Assembly (NCBI GenBank): GCA_049296775.1
Contig: JBAQTB010000003.1
Location: forward strand, 76,766 to 140,765
From: Patescibacteria group bacterium
GTDB lineage: Bacteria; Patescibacteriota; Patescibacteriia; UBA9934
Length of the DNA stretch: 64,000 nt
Direction of reading: 5' to 3'
The notes under the pieces are model-generated. The model was given only the letters and a program-made list of their open reading frames with translations. It ran no database searches and had not been told where the DNA came from. This document shows positions 55,687 to 63,640 of this stretch, piece after piece. A program made the position numbers and the translations under genes. Positions within the stretch are counted from its first letter, which is position 1, and every line of letters starts with the position of its first letter.

Positions 55687-56520
55687 TTAGTGGTCGAATA
55701 GACCGTCGGCGATGGAGATGTATGACTGCATCGCGTCGACGTCGATGCGGTCCTCGGGGGCTGGGGTCCTAAGACGACCCTCCGCGTCGAGGCTCAGGTT
55801 GGGAAACTTCTCGGCGAGCGGTCGGATGTCTTTCATGCCTTCGTGTGACAGTCCGCCCGCGACCCCAATGCCGAGGTCAGTGTGCCGACCACCGATGGCT
55901 CGTACGTATGCTTCGGCGATTTCGACGTCCATCGGGATGCCGAGTCCGCCGCTCGCATCGATGAGGACGTCGGTGATGTATGGTTTGTACCAGTCGAGTT
56001 CTTTGGCCACGCGCTCGGGGTTGTTGTCATGCACCTCTAATGCCTTGCGGTTGAGTTGGAGCACGACCCGCATGCGCTTCCCGATGTCAATGCGGCTTGG
56101 CTCGGGCCACGTCACGTTGAGCTGGAAGCCGTCGAGGTAGCGTCCGCCGAGATCCATGAGCTGGTCGAGTTGCTCGGGCAGGGTGTGGTAGTCGTCGCTG
56201 GCGTAGTGGATGAGGTTGACGGTCCGCCGGTGTGGTGGGAATAGTCCTACGATGTCGAAAACATTGGGGTAGCGATTGGGCCATTTGTTGGTCTCGCCGC
56301 GCAGCGTCTTACTGCTCGCCAGCACACCGACCATGAGTACTCGCGTGCTCCAGTTCGGCAGATCGTCGAGAGAGGCAAGCGCCGCCGCGACCTCCTTCTT
56401 TGTCATGAAACCTGTAACACCAATGTACGGCGACATTACAACCCCTTGAGGACGATGGGATATCGTCACTCTGTCGTAAAAACGACTTTGTATATTAACA
56501 ATCAAATATGCTTTTGTCAA
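55687..56520 (-). CDS. TIM-barrel enzyme with phosphoribosylanthranilate-isomerase (TrpF)-like motifs (tentative)
   Basis: LIDASGGLGIPMD and GIGVAGGLSHEGM resemble the TrpF LLDxxxGGSGxxFDW and LAGGLxxxN motifs. This is weak. Confidence 0.3.
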   Translation of the reverse strand: MTKAYLIVNIQSRFYDRVTISHRPQGVVMSPYIGVTGFMTKKEVAAALASLDDLPNWSTRVLMVGVLASSKTLRGETNKWPNRYPNVFDIVGLFPPHRRTVNLIHYASDDYHTLPEQLDQLMDLGGRYLDGFQLNVTWPEPSRIDIGKRMRVVLQLNRKALEVHDNNPERVAKELDWYKPYITDVLIDASGGLGIPMDVEIAEAYVRAIGGRHTDLGIGVAGGLSHEGMKDIRPLAEKFPNLSLDAEGRLRTPAPEDRIDVDAMQSYISIADGLFDH

Positions 56521-56574
56521 GGATTATATGGTAAAAATATGCGTAAATACCGATATTAAGGAATGATAAACCTG

Positions 56575-56675
56575 CTAAAAACAAAAACGCACTCTACGGA
56601 ACGCAAGCCAGATTGGCTCTTGTTCCGCGAGTGCGCGAGGGGGGTGTTACAGGGAGGGGCCGTCATCGGGGCCGA
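56575..56675 (-). repeat. Terminator-hairpin repeat, family variant 2 (copy 2, core + 45-nt extension)
   Basis: About 95 nt are identical (2 mismatches) to 57848..57945. The extension is read out of frame by 56663..57241. Confidence 0.75.
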
Positions 56676-57241
56676 GCTCGTGCGTCCTCGACGTAGTCGG
56701 TGATAAGCCATACTTCGGTGTCGACCGTGATGCGCCGGTAGGAGACGCTCTCCGACGCCTCGGGATTCGAGACGAACATGTCCTGGTCCCATCGACGAAC
56801 GCGCTCGACCACCTGGACGATCGAGCGCTCGCCATCCCGTTCGATGCTCACGATCTCGAGCTCGCCATCAACGCGAGAAGATCCGCCCCGCTCAGCGTAG
56901 TGCTGGCGGACTCGCGCAATCGCCTCGGGGTCGTCCTCGATGAGGAGAAACTCGGTCGTCGGCCAGATGCCATCCACGAAGTAATCGGCGTAGGCGTCGA
57001 CATCTCCCGTCTCAATGGCTGAGTACTTCGCAGTCACGACGTCTTGAAGGAAACGGCCTTCCGGGGTGCGGCCAAGCTCGTCAGCGTCACCGGGGACGAT
57101 TTGTGACCGTGACATAAGGTTTGAGCAACCAGTGAGGAGGGCGATAGTGGCGAGTAAGATGATCCCTAATCGGAACAAGCTCAGCCTTTGTGTGAGGATG
57201 TTGTAAGACACACCATTCCTTTGTTTCATGAATAAGAGCAT
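56663..57241 (-). CDS. Lipoprotein, hypothetical (3' end inside the repeat; possible frameshifted tail)
   Basis: Lipobox LLTGCS. It ends ...ARPR* within the repeat, whereas the paralogous repeat copy encodes ...ELGPDDGPSL* in another frame. Confidence 0.4.
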   Translation of the reverse strand: MLLFMKQRNGVSYNILTQRLSLFRLGIILLATIALLTGCSNLMSRSQIVPGDADELGRTPEGRFLQDVVTAKYSAIETGDVDAYADYFVDGIWPTTEFLLIEDDPEAIARVRQHYAERGGSSRVDGELEIVSIERDGERSIVQVVERVRRWDQDMFVSNPEASESVSYRRITVDTEVWLITDYVEDARARPR

Positions 57242-57847
57242 ATCTATTACTTACAGTAGTGATCATGCAGGTTGATTCGTTGTGTAGTTAGCTTTATGCT
57301 CCATTTCTAGGTTTTCGGCTTGAATCGTTCATTTCGACAGTCTACGCCTACACATAGTGGCATGCAAGTACCCGCGACATTCACTCATACCAATAAAATA
57401 AAGGTGCTAGCAGAGTTAAACAGATAAATTAAATGACCACCCCGATGGGATGGTCACACGTGGCGCTTGTGCGCCTAACTTTGTGGCGGATTATTCGTGT
57501 CGATCGACTGCTTCCACAGATACCCTGCGACATAGCCTTGTAGAGTGATGGACGCCAAGAGCATGAGTAAGAAAGGCCATTGTATCGTTTGGTTTAGCGA
57601 ATTATGCAGAATGGTAATCACAATCGACGTGGAGAGGATTTTCGCGAGGAAAGATGGTGTCTGCAAGGGGCCTCCCTGGTTTGGTTTCCAAGGGGGCGTG
57701 CCCCTCGCTTCCGAGGCTCTTGGACAAGCCAAGCGCTGCGAAGGCGAGGGCACCATCAAAGTCGAACATTTATGGTACTTGATGGGTTTGGGATTGTCAA
57801 GGCTAAATGGCCTAAATTAGGTGTAAATAGTTGGTTTTAGCGAATAA

Positions 57848-57945
57848 AGAAAAACGCACTCTATGGAACGCAAGCCAGATTGGCTCTTGTTCCGCGAGTG
57901 CGCGAGGGGGGTGTTACAGGGAGGGGCCGTCATCGGGGCCGAGTT
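57848..57945 (-). repeat. Terminator-hairpin repeat, family variant 2 (copy 3, core + extension)
   Basis: The extension encodes the in-frame C-terminal tail ELGPDDGPSL* of 57914..58336. Confidence 0.75.
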
Positions 57946-58336
57946 CGTAACGCTCGATGCGTCTTACGAGTGTGATGGGCGCTTCAATGCCGTCGACGTC
58001 GATGGCGAAGAAGGTACAGCCTTCGTGTCCGATCAGTACGTTGAAACGTGGCCATTGTCCATTTTTCGGTGCCGTGTGATTGAGGAGAGTGGTGTTAAGA
58101 CACTCCGTGTTCCAAGAAACTCGGTAGCCAACTTGGAATGGTCTGTCGGTCTTGGCCTCAAAGACGATCACCGTTTTCCAGCCCCACCACCGCAGCCACA
58201 GATGGTTCCACCACCGTGTCGGAGGCACGGTGCGGTCACCCTCCGCGGTGTAGCCTCGGCATAAAGTACTAAACTCTCGTTTTTTCCACACCGGATCCTC
58301 CGCAAGGGCAGCAAAACGCCGCCACTCTATCGCCAA
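57914..58336 (-). CDS. Hypothetical Trp-rich protein with repeat-encoded C-terminal tail
   Basis: ORF. Its last 10 codons lie within the repeat. Confidence 0.35.
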   Translation of the reverse strand: MAIEWRRFAALAEDPVWKKREFSTLCRGYTAEGDRTVPPTRWWNHLWLRWWGWKTVIVFEAKTDRPFQVGYRVSWNTECLNTTLLNHTAPKNGQWPRFNVLIGHEGCTFFAIDVDGIEAPITLVRRIERYELGPDDGPSL

Positions 58337-58491
58337 CGCGACAGATCAAAATATCACAAAATTATCCCGCTGTCAAAGCAGGAAGGTGCAATTTGATGGG
58401 AATTGCAACACATAGACGCGTGGAGGTCTTTTTGTTAATCTTGTTTGGCGATGTCTGAAAGAGCCGTATTACACCAACCCACGAGGATTCC

Positions 58492-58833
58492 ATGACGCTT
58501 GATACTTTAGATCAGCTCAAGGTCGCTGTTAGAGGCGTCCTCATGAATGCTCCTAACGTCAATACCGCTCGGAACTGGATCCGAGCCTTGCCTGGCCCAC
58601 CACTCAGTTCATTGCCGGAAGGAGCGCCTGCGCCTCGGGGCATGTACTTCGATCTCGTTGGAGAGATCACCGTTCGCTTCAATGAAGACGGTTCCCGTGA
58701 AGCCGTATTCACCATGATTACGGAACCTGATGATCCGAGTCCGCAACTTATAAGTGTCCGGTGGGAACCTATTCCTGGTTTCCTGACTCCGGAACAAACC
58801 ATAGTGGTGAGAGAGGCACTCTTCGGAAGGTGA
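58492..58833 (+). CDS. Hypothetical protein
   Basis: ORF followed by a hairpin terminator at 58868..58925. Confidence 0.3.
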   Translation: MTLDTLDQLKVAVRGVLMNAPNVNTARNWIRALPGPPLSSLPEGAPAPRGMYFDLVGEITVRFNEDGSREAVFTMITEPDDPSPQLISVRWEPIPGFLTPEQTIVVREALFGR

Positions 58834-58947
58834 TACGGCGTCAGTGTTGATCTGTGATTCTTTCCTCGCCCCGTGCGAACGACAAGCCCCCACTACTGGG
58901 AGCGTCTGTCGTTCTCAGCACGGGGTTTTTGTCTATATTCACAATAT

Positions 58948-59015
58948 AAAAAAAGAGCGCATCTGAACGGCAAGTGAGCAGATGGCTCTTTGCCGCGCAG
59001 ATGCGCGAGCGGTGC
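58948..59015 (-). repeat. Terminator-hairpin repeat, variant 1-like (copy 3)
   Basis: aaaaaaagagcgcatctgaacggcaagtgagcagatggctctttgccgcgcagatgcgcgagcggtg is homologous to variant 1. It contains the stop of 59015..59512. Confidence 0.65.
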
Positions 59016-59512
59016 TACTTGGTGGCAACGTAGCAGTTGAGAACGCTCTGGAAGGCGTTCGAATCATCGTATGTTTTGCGGTTCTCTGTATCGACGCCAT
59101 CGACGCGGTCTATCGTGCCGTCCGCGCTCTCATCGATCATTGTGACCGTGAAATGCCTGTCGAGTCCTTGCCGCTCGACCCCCACCATCGTCGCGAAGAC
59201 GACGAGGGTCTGGCTGCCCGAGGGGTTCAACCGAAGGAGGACTTCGGTGCCAATGAAGGCAAGGGTCGGACAGGTGACCTGCGCGCGAAAGGTCTGGGTT
59301 CCGCCGTCGGCGTCGGAGGGCGCGGTCTGCTGGAGAAGAAACACCGCCTTTTTCGCTGCTGCGTCGGCGGGGATGGCGGGCTCGGAAGCGACTGCGGTGG
59401 AGGAAAGGGTCAGAAAAAAGGCGCAGATGAACGGAACGAACATTGGAACTCCTGTGAGGAAGGCAAGATGCCATTCGACTAATAAAATACCAAAAAATAG
59501 TCCTTTTGTCAA
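59015..59512 (-). CDS. Secreted hypothetical protein
   Basis: Has a signal peptide. A consensus promoter lies upstream (TTGACA-17-TATTTT). Confidence 0.4.
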   Translation of the reverse strand: MTKGLFFGILLVEWHLAFLTGVPMFVPFICAFFLTLSSTAVASEPAIPADAAAKKAVFLLQQTAPSDADGGTQTFRAQVTCPTLAFIGTEVLLRLNPSGSQTLVVFATMVGVERQGLDRHFTVTMIDESADGTIDRVDGVDTENRKTYDDSNAFQSVLNCYVATK

Positions 59513-59540
59513 GGCAAAATCGTCTAAAATACAGGTTTTT

Positions 59541-59568
59541 TGTGACTTTACCGGGAATCAACTCCGGC
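59541..59568 (-). repeat. Degenerate copy of the tRNA-Glu 3' half (possible att-site remnant)
   Basis: tttgtgactttaccgggaatcaactccggc against the tRNA region ttggtgacctcaccgggaatcgaacccgga gives 21/30 ungapped identity. The core gtgacNtNaccgggaatc matches 16/18. Confidence 0.35.
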
Positions 59569-59636
59569 TTTTGGGTCGATGTTATTTCTCGTTGATATAA
59601 TTTGGCTAATATAGGCCAATAATATGCGTATTTACC

Positions 59637-59665
59637 TTGACAAAAGGGTATTTTTCTGCTATGAT
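59637..59665 (+). promoter_or_regulatory. Sigma-70 consensus promoter (TTGACA - 17 nt - TATGAT)
   Basis: ttgacaaaagggtatttttctgctatgat lies 25 nt upstream of the ATG at 59690. The same TTGACAAAAG extended -35 recurs upstream of other island genes. Confidence 0.55.
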
Positions 59666-59689
59666 ATGTCGTTACCATGAAGCTCTCAG

Positions 59690-60121
59690 ATGAGCCCTGT
59701 AATCCCCATTTTCTTAGAAAGTGATGGTTACTGGTCTCATCTGTCTTACCCCCACACCACGGAGCGAATCATGGAACAGCCCCTTTGCCCCTGCGACAAG
59801 TGTCGTACCAGCGTCACCCCCGACAACGACGCCCTCGCGCTCGACCTCATGATGAAGAAGATGGCCAAGTACGGCTTCGACTTCAAGGAGGAGGAGCTGG
59901 ACGAGGAGGGACGGTGGATGAACACCGCGTGGCTGGCCCACGGGTCGCGTCACCTCCTCCCCGTCATGGACGGCGAGGAGGTGGTCTGTGCGGGCTCTCC
60001 CAGCCGCGCCCAGTACATTGAAGGTCAGCCGCGCGACGAACGCGGCTTCATCTACGACTCCTCCCGTGAAGTCCTCCATCGCGCGGCCTACGCCCGCATC
60101 CAGAGCAACACCAATTCGTAG
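59690..60121 (+). CDS. Hypothetical protein (about 62% GC)
   Basis: ORF with a strong promoter. Several overlapping alternative-frame ORFs here are artefacts of the high GC content. Confidence 0.35.
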   Translation: MSPVIPIFLESDGYWSHLSYPHTTERIMEQPLCPCDKCRTSVTPDNDALALDLMMKKMAKYGFDFKEEELDEEGRWMNTAWLAHGSRHLLPVMDGEEVVCAGSPSRAQYIEGQPRDERGFIYDSSREVLHRAAYARIQSNTNS

Positions 60122-60281
60122 CCGAAGCGCATCGGCGCGGCCACGCCTTCAACGTTCAATCGTTGTGGAGAGCGTAGCCCGTCGGTGCGCTCTTTGTTTT
60201 GAACACATTGTTTATTTCGAACCACTAAACCGGCGCTTATCTTACAAACAAAAACAACCCTCCACGAGGGAGAGTTGTCTT

Positions 60282-60356
60282 TGGTGACCTCACCGGGAAT
60301 CGAACCCGGATTTAAGGCTTGAGAAGCCTCTGTCCTAACCGTTAGACGATGAGGCC
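60282..60356 (-). tRNA. tRNA-Glu (anticodon CUC)
   Basis: The reverse complement folds as a cloverleaf: acceptor GGCCTCA/TGAGGTC, D-arm GTC...GAC, anticodon stem GAGGC/GCCTT with loop TTCTCAA, T-arm CCGGG-TTCGATT-CCCGG, and an encoded CCA. Confidence 0.8.
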
Positions 60357-60474
60357 AGACTAAACTGGCAAATGAGTGTTGGCTAGCTATGAACGTCAGG
60401 ATAATAGCAAACACTTTTGGTTTAGTCAAAGGCCAGGAGTCGTGAATCTGTCACTAATTCTGTGTGAGTAGGGC

Positions 60475-61392
60475 TTATCGGAGCTGTTCTAGGACTACGT
60501 CCAAGACACCGCCTGGTTGCAGATAGTCAGCGATGTCGGTGTAGTTGAGGCTGGCTTCAATGGGGCCGGCGACGTATGGCGCGATGTCGTAACTGTTGTA
60601 GTAAGTGTTCAAGCTGGTGGGAGTGAGGAAGAAGTTAGTGAGCTTGGCGTATTTGGCGGTTTGTTCAGCGGCGGTAGCTGGGGTCGCTGTGTTGATTAAC
60701 GCTTCATACTCCTCAATGGTTTCTGGGTAGAGATTATCTTGGTTTTCTACGAGGAGTTTTGATTTTTCAAATTTAACAAAGTTGGCTAGTTGCTCGGGCG
60801 CTAGGAGGTCGCCAAGGGTGAGGAGTTTGTCATTGCCACGATCGATATTGAAGTAAGTCGTGTGTTGATTGGGGTGAGCGCCACCGGTGTAGGAATATTC
60901 TTCTAGCCCAATGGAGAGTAGGTGATGTTGGTTAATTTTGACGGAGTAAATCACCTCGACACTGCGTTTGAGGTTGGTAAACATGTCAGCATCGGCGGCT
61001 GAGAGATGGTTGTATTCGGTTTCGATTCCAGATTGGCAACCGGCTAAATAATCATCAGCAATGTCTTCTAGCTCATGGGTGCTGTCAATTTCGTCATTAT
61101 GACCTAGGGCCTCGGCGATGAAATGAGCAATTTCATGATCGACTTGGAAACCAACTTTTTCTGGCAGACTTCCGGCTGGAAAGGTGGGGTAAGTAATTTT
61201 AAGTTCGCAACTAGCGTATTCATTCAGGACAAAAGATTTCTTCAGTTCCACGGCTTGCACGTCAACATCTCCAGCCAAGGTTTCCGGTACCCGGTCCGGT
61301 TGAGTTTGCAAAACAACAGGCTGGGGAGTTTTATTACAGCCAGCACCCATGACAATAAGGGTTGCTAGGAGCAAAGCAGGGAAGTAGCGCAT
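60475..61392 (-). CDS. Lipoprotein, hypothetical
   Basis: Lipobox MGAGC. Confidence 0.45.
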   Translation of the reverse strand: MRYFPALLLATLIVMGAGCNKTPQPVVLQTQPDRVPETLAGDVDVQAVELKKSFVLNEYASCELKITYPTFPAGSLPEKVGFQVDHEIAHFIAEALGHNDEIDSTHELEDIADDYLAGCQSGIETEYNHLSAADADMFTNLKRSVEVIYSVKINQHHLLSIGLEEYSYTGGAHPNQHTTYFNIDRGNDKLLTLGDLLAPEQLANFVKFEKSKLLVENQDNLYPETIEEYEALINTATPATAAEQTAKYAKLTNFFLTPTSLNTYYNSYDIAPYVAGPIEASLNYTDIADYLQPGGVLDVVLEQLR

Positions 61393-61552
61393 ACAAGAGA
61401 TATTTGAGTGATTCGTGACGACCTCCCCTTGATCCCTGTCATATTTTAGATCCTTCGATTTCTCTCAGGACTACGGGAGGGAAGCGAGGGTCAACTGTAA
61501 ACGTAATAGTACACTGATTCGTTCGGGGCTTGAAGGGTGAGTGTCTATAAAA

Positions 61553-61582
61553 CAAAAAACCAGCCGTGGGGCTGATTTTTTA
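61553..61582. terminator. Bidirectional hairpin terminator
   Basis: aaaaaaccagccgtggggctgatttttt. Confidence 0.55.
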
Positions 61583-61591
61583 AAACCTGGT

Positions 61592-61726
61592 TTACTTGGC
61601 AGCTTTAGCCTCTAGCTTAGCTAGGCGCTTGGCCTTAGCCTTGCGGCGCGTAAATTCAGCCTCTTTGCGGGTTACGGCAAAGCGGGCGTTGCGATCCTTT
61701 CTTGAGATGTGGTGGCGTGATGGCAT
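61592..61726 (-). CDS. Small highly basic protein (44 aa), possible ribosomal/ribosome-associated protein (not in the ORF track)
   Basis: MPSRHHISRKDRNARFAVTRKEAEFTRRKAKAKRLAKLEAKAAK. It lies between a terminator and a promoter-like AT-rich region. Confidence 0.35.
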   Translation of the reverse strand: MPSRHHISRKDRNARFAVTRKEAEFTRRKAKAKRLAKLEAKAAK

Positions 61727-61820
61727 ATAATATCGCTTAACTAGACGCTAGAAATTGATAATTGTTTGATCTTAGCCGGTATGCGGCGTAGTATGCCTGA
61801 GACTGACCATAACGTCAATT

Positions 61821-62111
61821 GTGGAATGTATGAATATTCAAAGTATCCCTTATAGTAAGGTAATTCTGGTGTGTGGGAATATCCGGACAGATGGCCGGAT
61901 TTCTTGTGGTCCACATGGTGGTACCGAGCTGAAGGATCGCCTAAAAGAGATGTGCAAAGCTAGGAATCTGCCAGTTAGAGTGGTGCAAAGTAGCTGTTTG
62001 GGGCAGTGCGATGACGGCCCAAATGTGCTGATTACCCCTGACAATATCTGGTTGTCTAAGGTGACTATGCAAGATACTGATGAGATTGTGAAGATGATTG
62101 AAAAATCCTGA
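61821..62111 (+). CDS. Thioredoxin-like [2Fe-2S] ferredoxin domain protein
   Basis: Cys pattern CGNIRTDGRISCGPH ... CLGQCDDGPNV. Confidence 0.55.
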   Translation: MECMNIQSIPYSKVILVCGNIRTDGRISCGPHGGTELKDRLKEMCKARNLPVRVVQSSCLGQCDDGPNVLITPDNIWLSKVTMQDTDEIVKMIEKS

Positions 62112-62113
62112 CT

Positions 62114-63607
62114 ATGACGATTACCGTAACTAAGGGAGGTTTATTTGAGAGTGGCGCCGAGTTGTTGGTGTTGCCGGTGTTCAGCGTGCCAGCTTTTGAG
62201 CCGGCTAATCTTAAGGGCTTAGACGAGGCTTTTATGCAGCGTGTTGCCAAGGCGGCTAAGGCCTTGGATTTCACGGGTAAGCCTGGTCAGGTCTTGGCGT
62301 TGCCGGTGCCGGCTGGATCCATGGCAGATGAGCTGTTATTGATTGGCGTAGGTGATAAGAAGCTCGAGACTTTAGTACAGGCGTTGCGGGATGGTATGGG
62401 TACTGCGGTAAGCGTGGCTAAGCGCAAAGGTTTGCGGACTCTTGCGATTGATCTGTCCGGTAAAGACTTTAAACCAGAGACAGCTGAGGCGGTGACGGTA
62501 GCGGCCATGTTGGCTGATTATCAATTTGAAACTTACAAAAAAAGTCGGACAGATAAACGCATTGGGACGGTCGATATTTTGGCGGTAGACAGTAAGGCGG
62601 TGCAGAGCATGCGTAAACGGGTGGAGCACGGGCAGGCTGTGGCTGATGGCGTGACGATCGCGCGGGATTTGGTGAACACACCAGCTCAAGAAATGACGCC
62701 GGTGCATTTGGCACAAGCCGCAGAACAGATCGCCAAGGCTTCTGGTGGAGTGGTTAAGGTCAAAGTTTTGGATCGGGCCGAGTGCACCAAGCTTAAGATG
62801 GGTGCGTATTTAGCCGTAGCTCAAGGTGCGGACCATGAACCTAGGTTTATTCACTTGACGTACACATCTCCAAGACCCACCAAGAAGACCCTCGCACTTG
62901 TGGGTAAGGGTGTGACCTTTGATTCGGGTGGGTTGTCACTGAAACCAGCTGACGCCATGATGACCATGAAATGTGACATGGGTGGCGGTGCGGCGGTGTT
63001 GGGTTTCTTTGCGACTTTGGCTAGACTGAAGCCACGCGTGAATATTCACGGAATTGTGGCGGCCACGGAGAACATGGTGTCCGGCAAGGCAATGCGTCCG
63101 GGTGACATTGTGTACGCTTCAAACGGCAAGTCAATTGAGATTTTGAATACAGATGCAGAGGGACGGTTGACCTTGGCAGATGCCATGACGTACGCGCTGA
63201 AGTTGAAACCAGACGTTATGCTTGATTTGGCGACTTTGACGGGAGCGTGTGTAGTGGCGCTTGGTGAGGAGATCACGGGCTTAATGACGAACGATAAAGC
63301 TTTGGGTAAACAGGTCCTGGAGGCGGCGGCTAGAGCGGGGGAGAAGATGTGGGAGTTGCCGCTTGAGGCTAGGTACAGAGATTTGATTGTATCTGACATT
63401 GCGGACTTGCGGAATATTGCCACTTCACGTTACGGCGGGGCTTTGACGGCCGGATTGTTCTTGCAGGAATTTGCGGAGGCTACTCCTTGGGCGCATCTGG
63501 ACATTGCCGGTCCGGCTTTTGCTGAGAGACCGCTCAGTTCTTATTTAGGTAAAGGTGGCACGGGACATGGGGTGAGAACGCTGGTAGACTTTGTGGAGAA
63601 TTTTTGA
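62114..63607 (+). CDS. pepA: Leucyl aminopeptidase (M17 family)
   Basis: NTDAEGRLTLAD signature, VGKGVTFDSGG. Confidence 0.85.
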   Translation: MTITVTKGGLFESGAELLVLPVFSVPAFEPANLKGLDEAFMQRVAKAAKALDFTGKPGQVLALPVPAGSMADELLLIGVGDKKLETLVQALRDGMGTAVSVAKRKGLRTLAIDLSGKDFKPETAEAVTVAAMLADYQFETYKKSRTDKRIGTVDILAVDSKAVQSMRKRVEHGQAVADGVTIARDLVNTPAQEMTPVHLAQAAEQIAKASGGVVKVKVLDRAECTKLKMGAYLAVAQGADHEPRFIHLTYTSPRPTKKTLALVGKGVTFDSGGLSLKPADAMMTMKCDMGGGAAVLGFFATLARLKPRVNIHGIVAATENMVSGKAMRPGDIVYASNGKSIEILNTDAEGRLTLADAMTYALKLKPDVMLDLATLTGACVVALGEEITGLMTNDKALGKQVLEAAARAGEKMWELPLEARYRDLIVSDIADLRNIATSRYGGALTAGLFLQEFAEATPWAHLDIAGPAFAERPLSSYLGKGGTGHGVRTLVDFVENF

Positions 63608-63640
63608 TCTGTAAATTGAGCTATGGAGTTGAATAGAATC

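Noticed and set aside
52054-59015. CRISPR array or integron attC sites as an explanation for the island repeats
   Set aside because: The repeats are 0.6-1.3 kb apart and separated by full genes with their own promoters, and orientation is mixed. There is no regular short spacer structure, no cas or intI gene, and no GTTRRRY/RYYYAAC core sites. They are better explained as terminator-hairpin repeats.
59037-60287. Multiple long overlapping ORFs on both strands (59037..59600, 59130..59678, 59714..60079, 59785..60021, 59988..60287)
   Set aside because: These are a high-GC artefact: stop codons are rare in all frames. Only 59015..59512(-) and 59690..60121(+) have promoters, terminators and sensible starts.
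61592-61726. Confident call as ribosomal protein bS21, bL32 or bL34
   Set aside because: There is only weak, partial similarity (RHHI, RKEAEF.RRKAKA). The conserved N-terminal bS21 motif is absent. It is kept as a low-confidence small basic protein.
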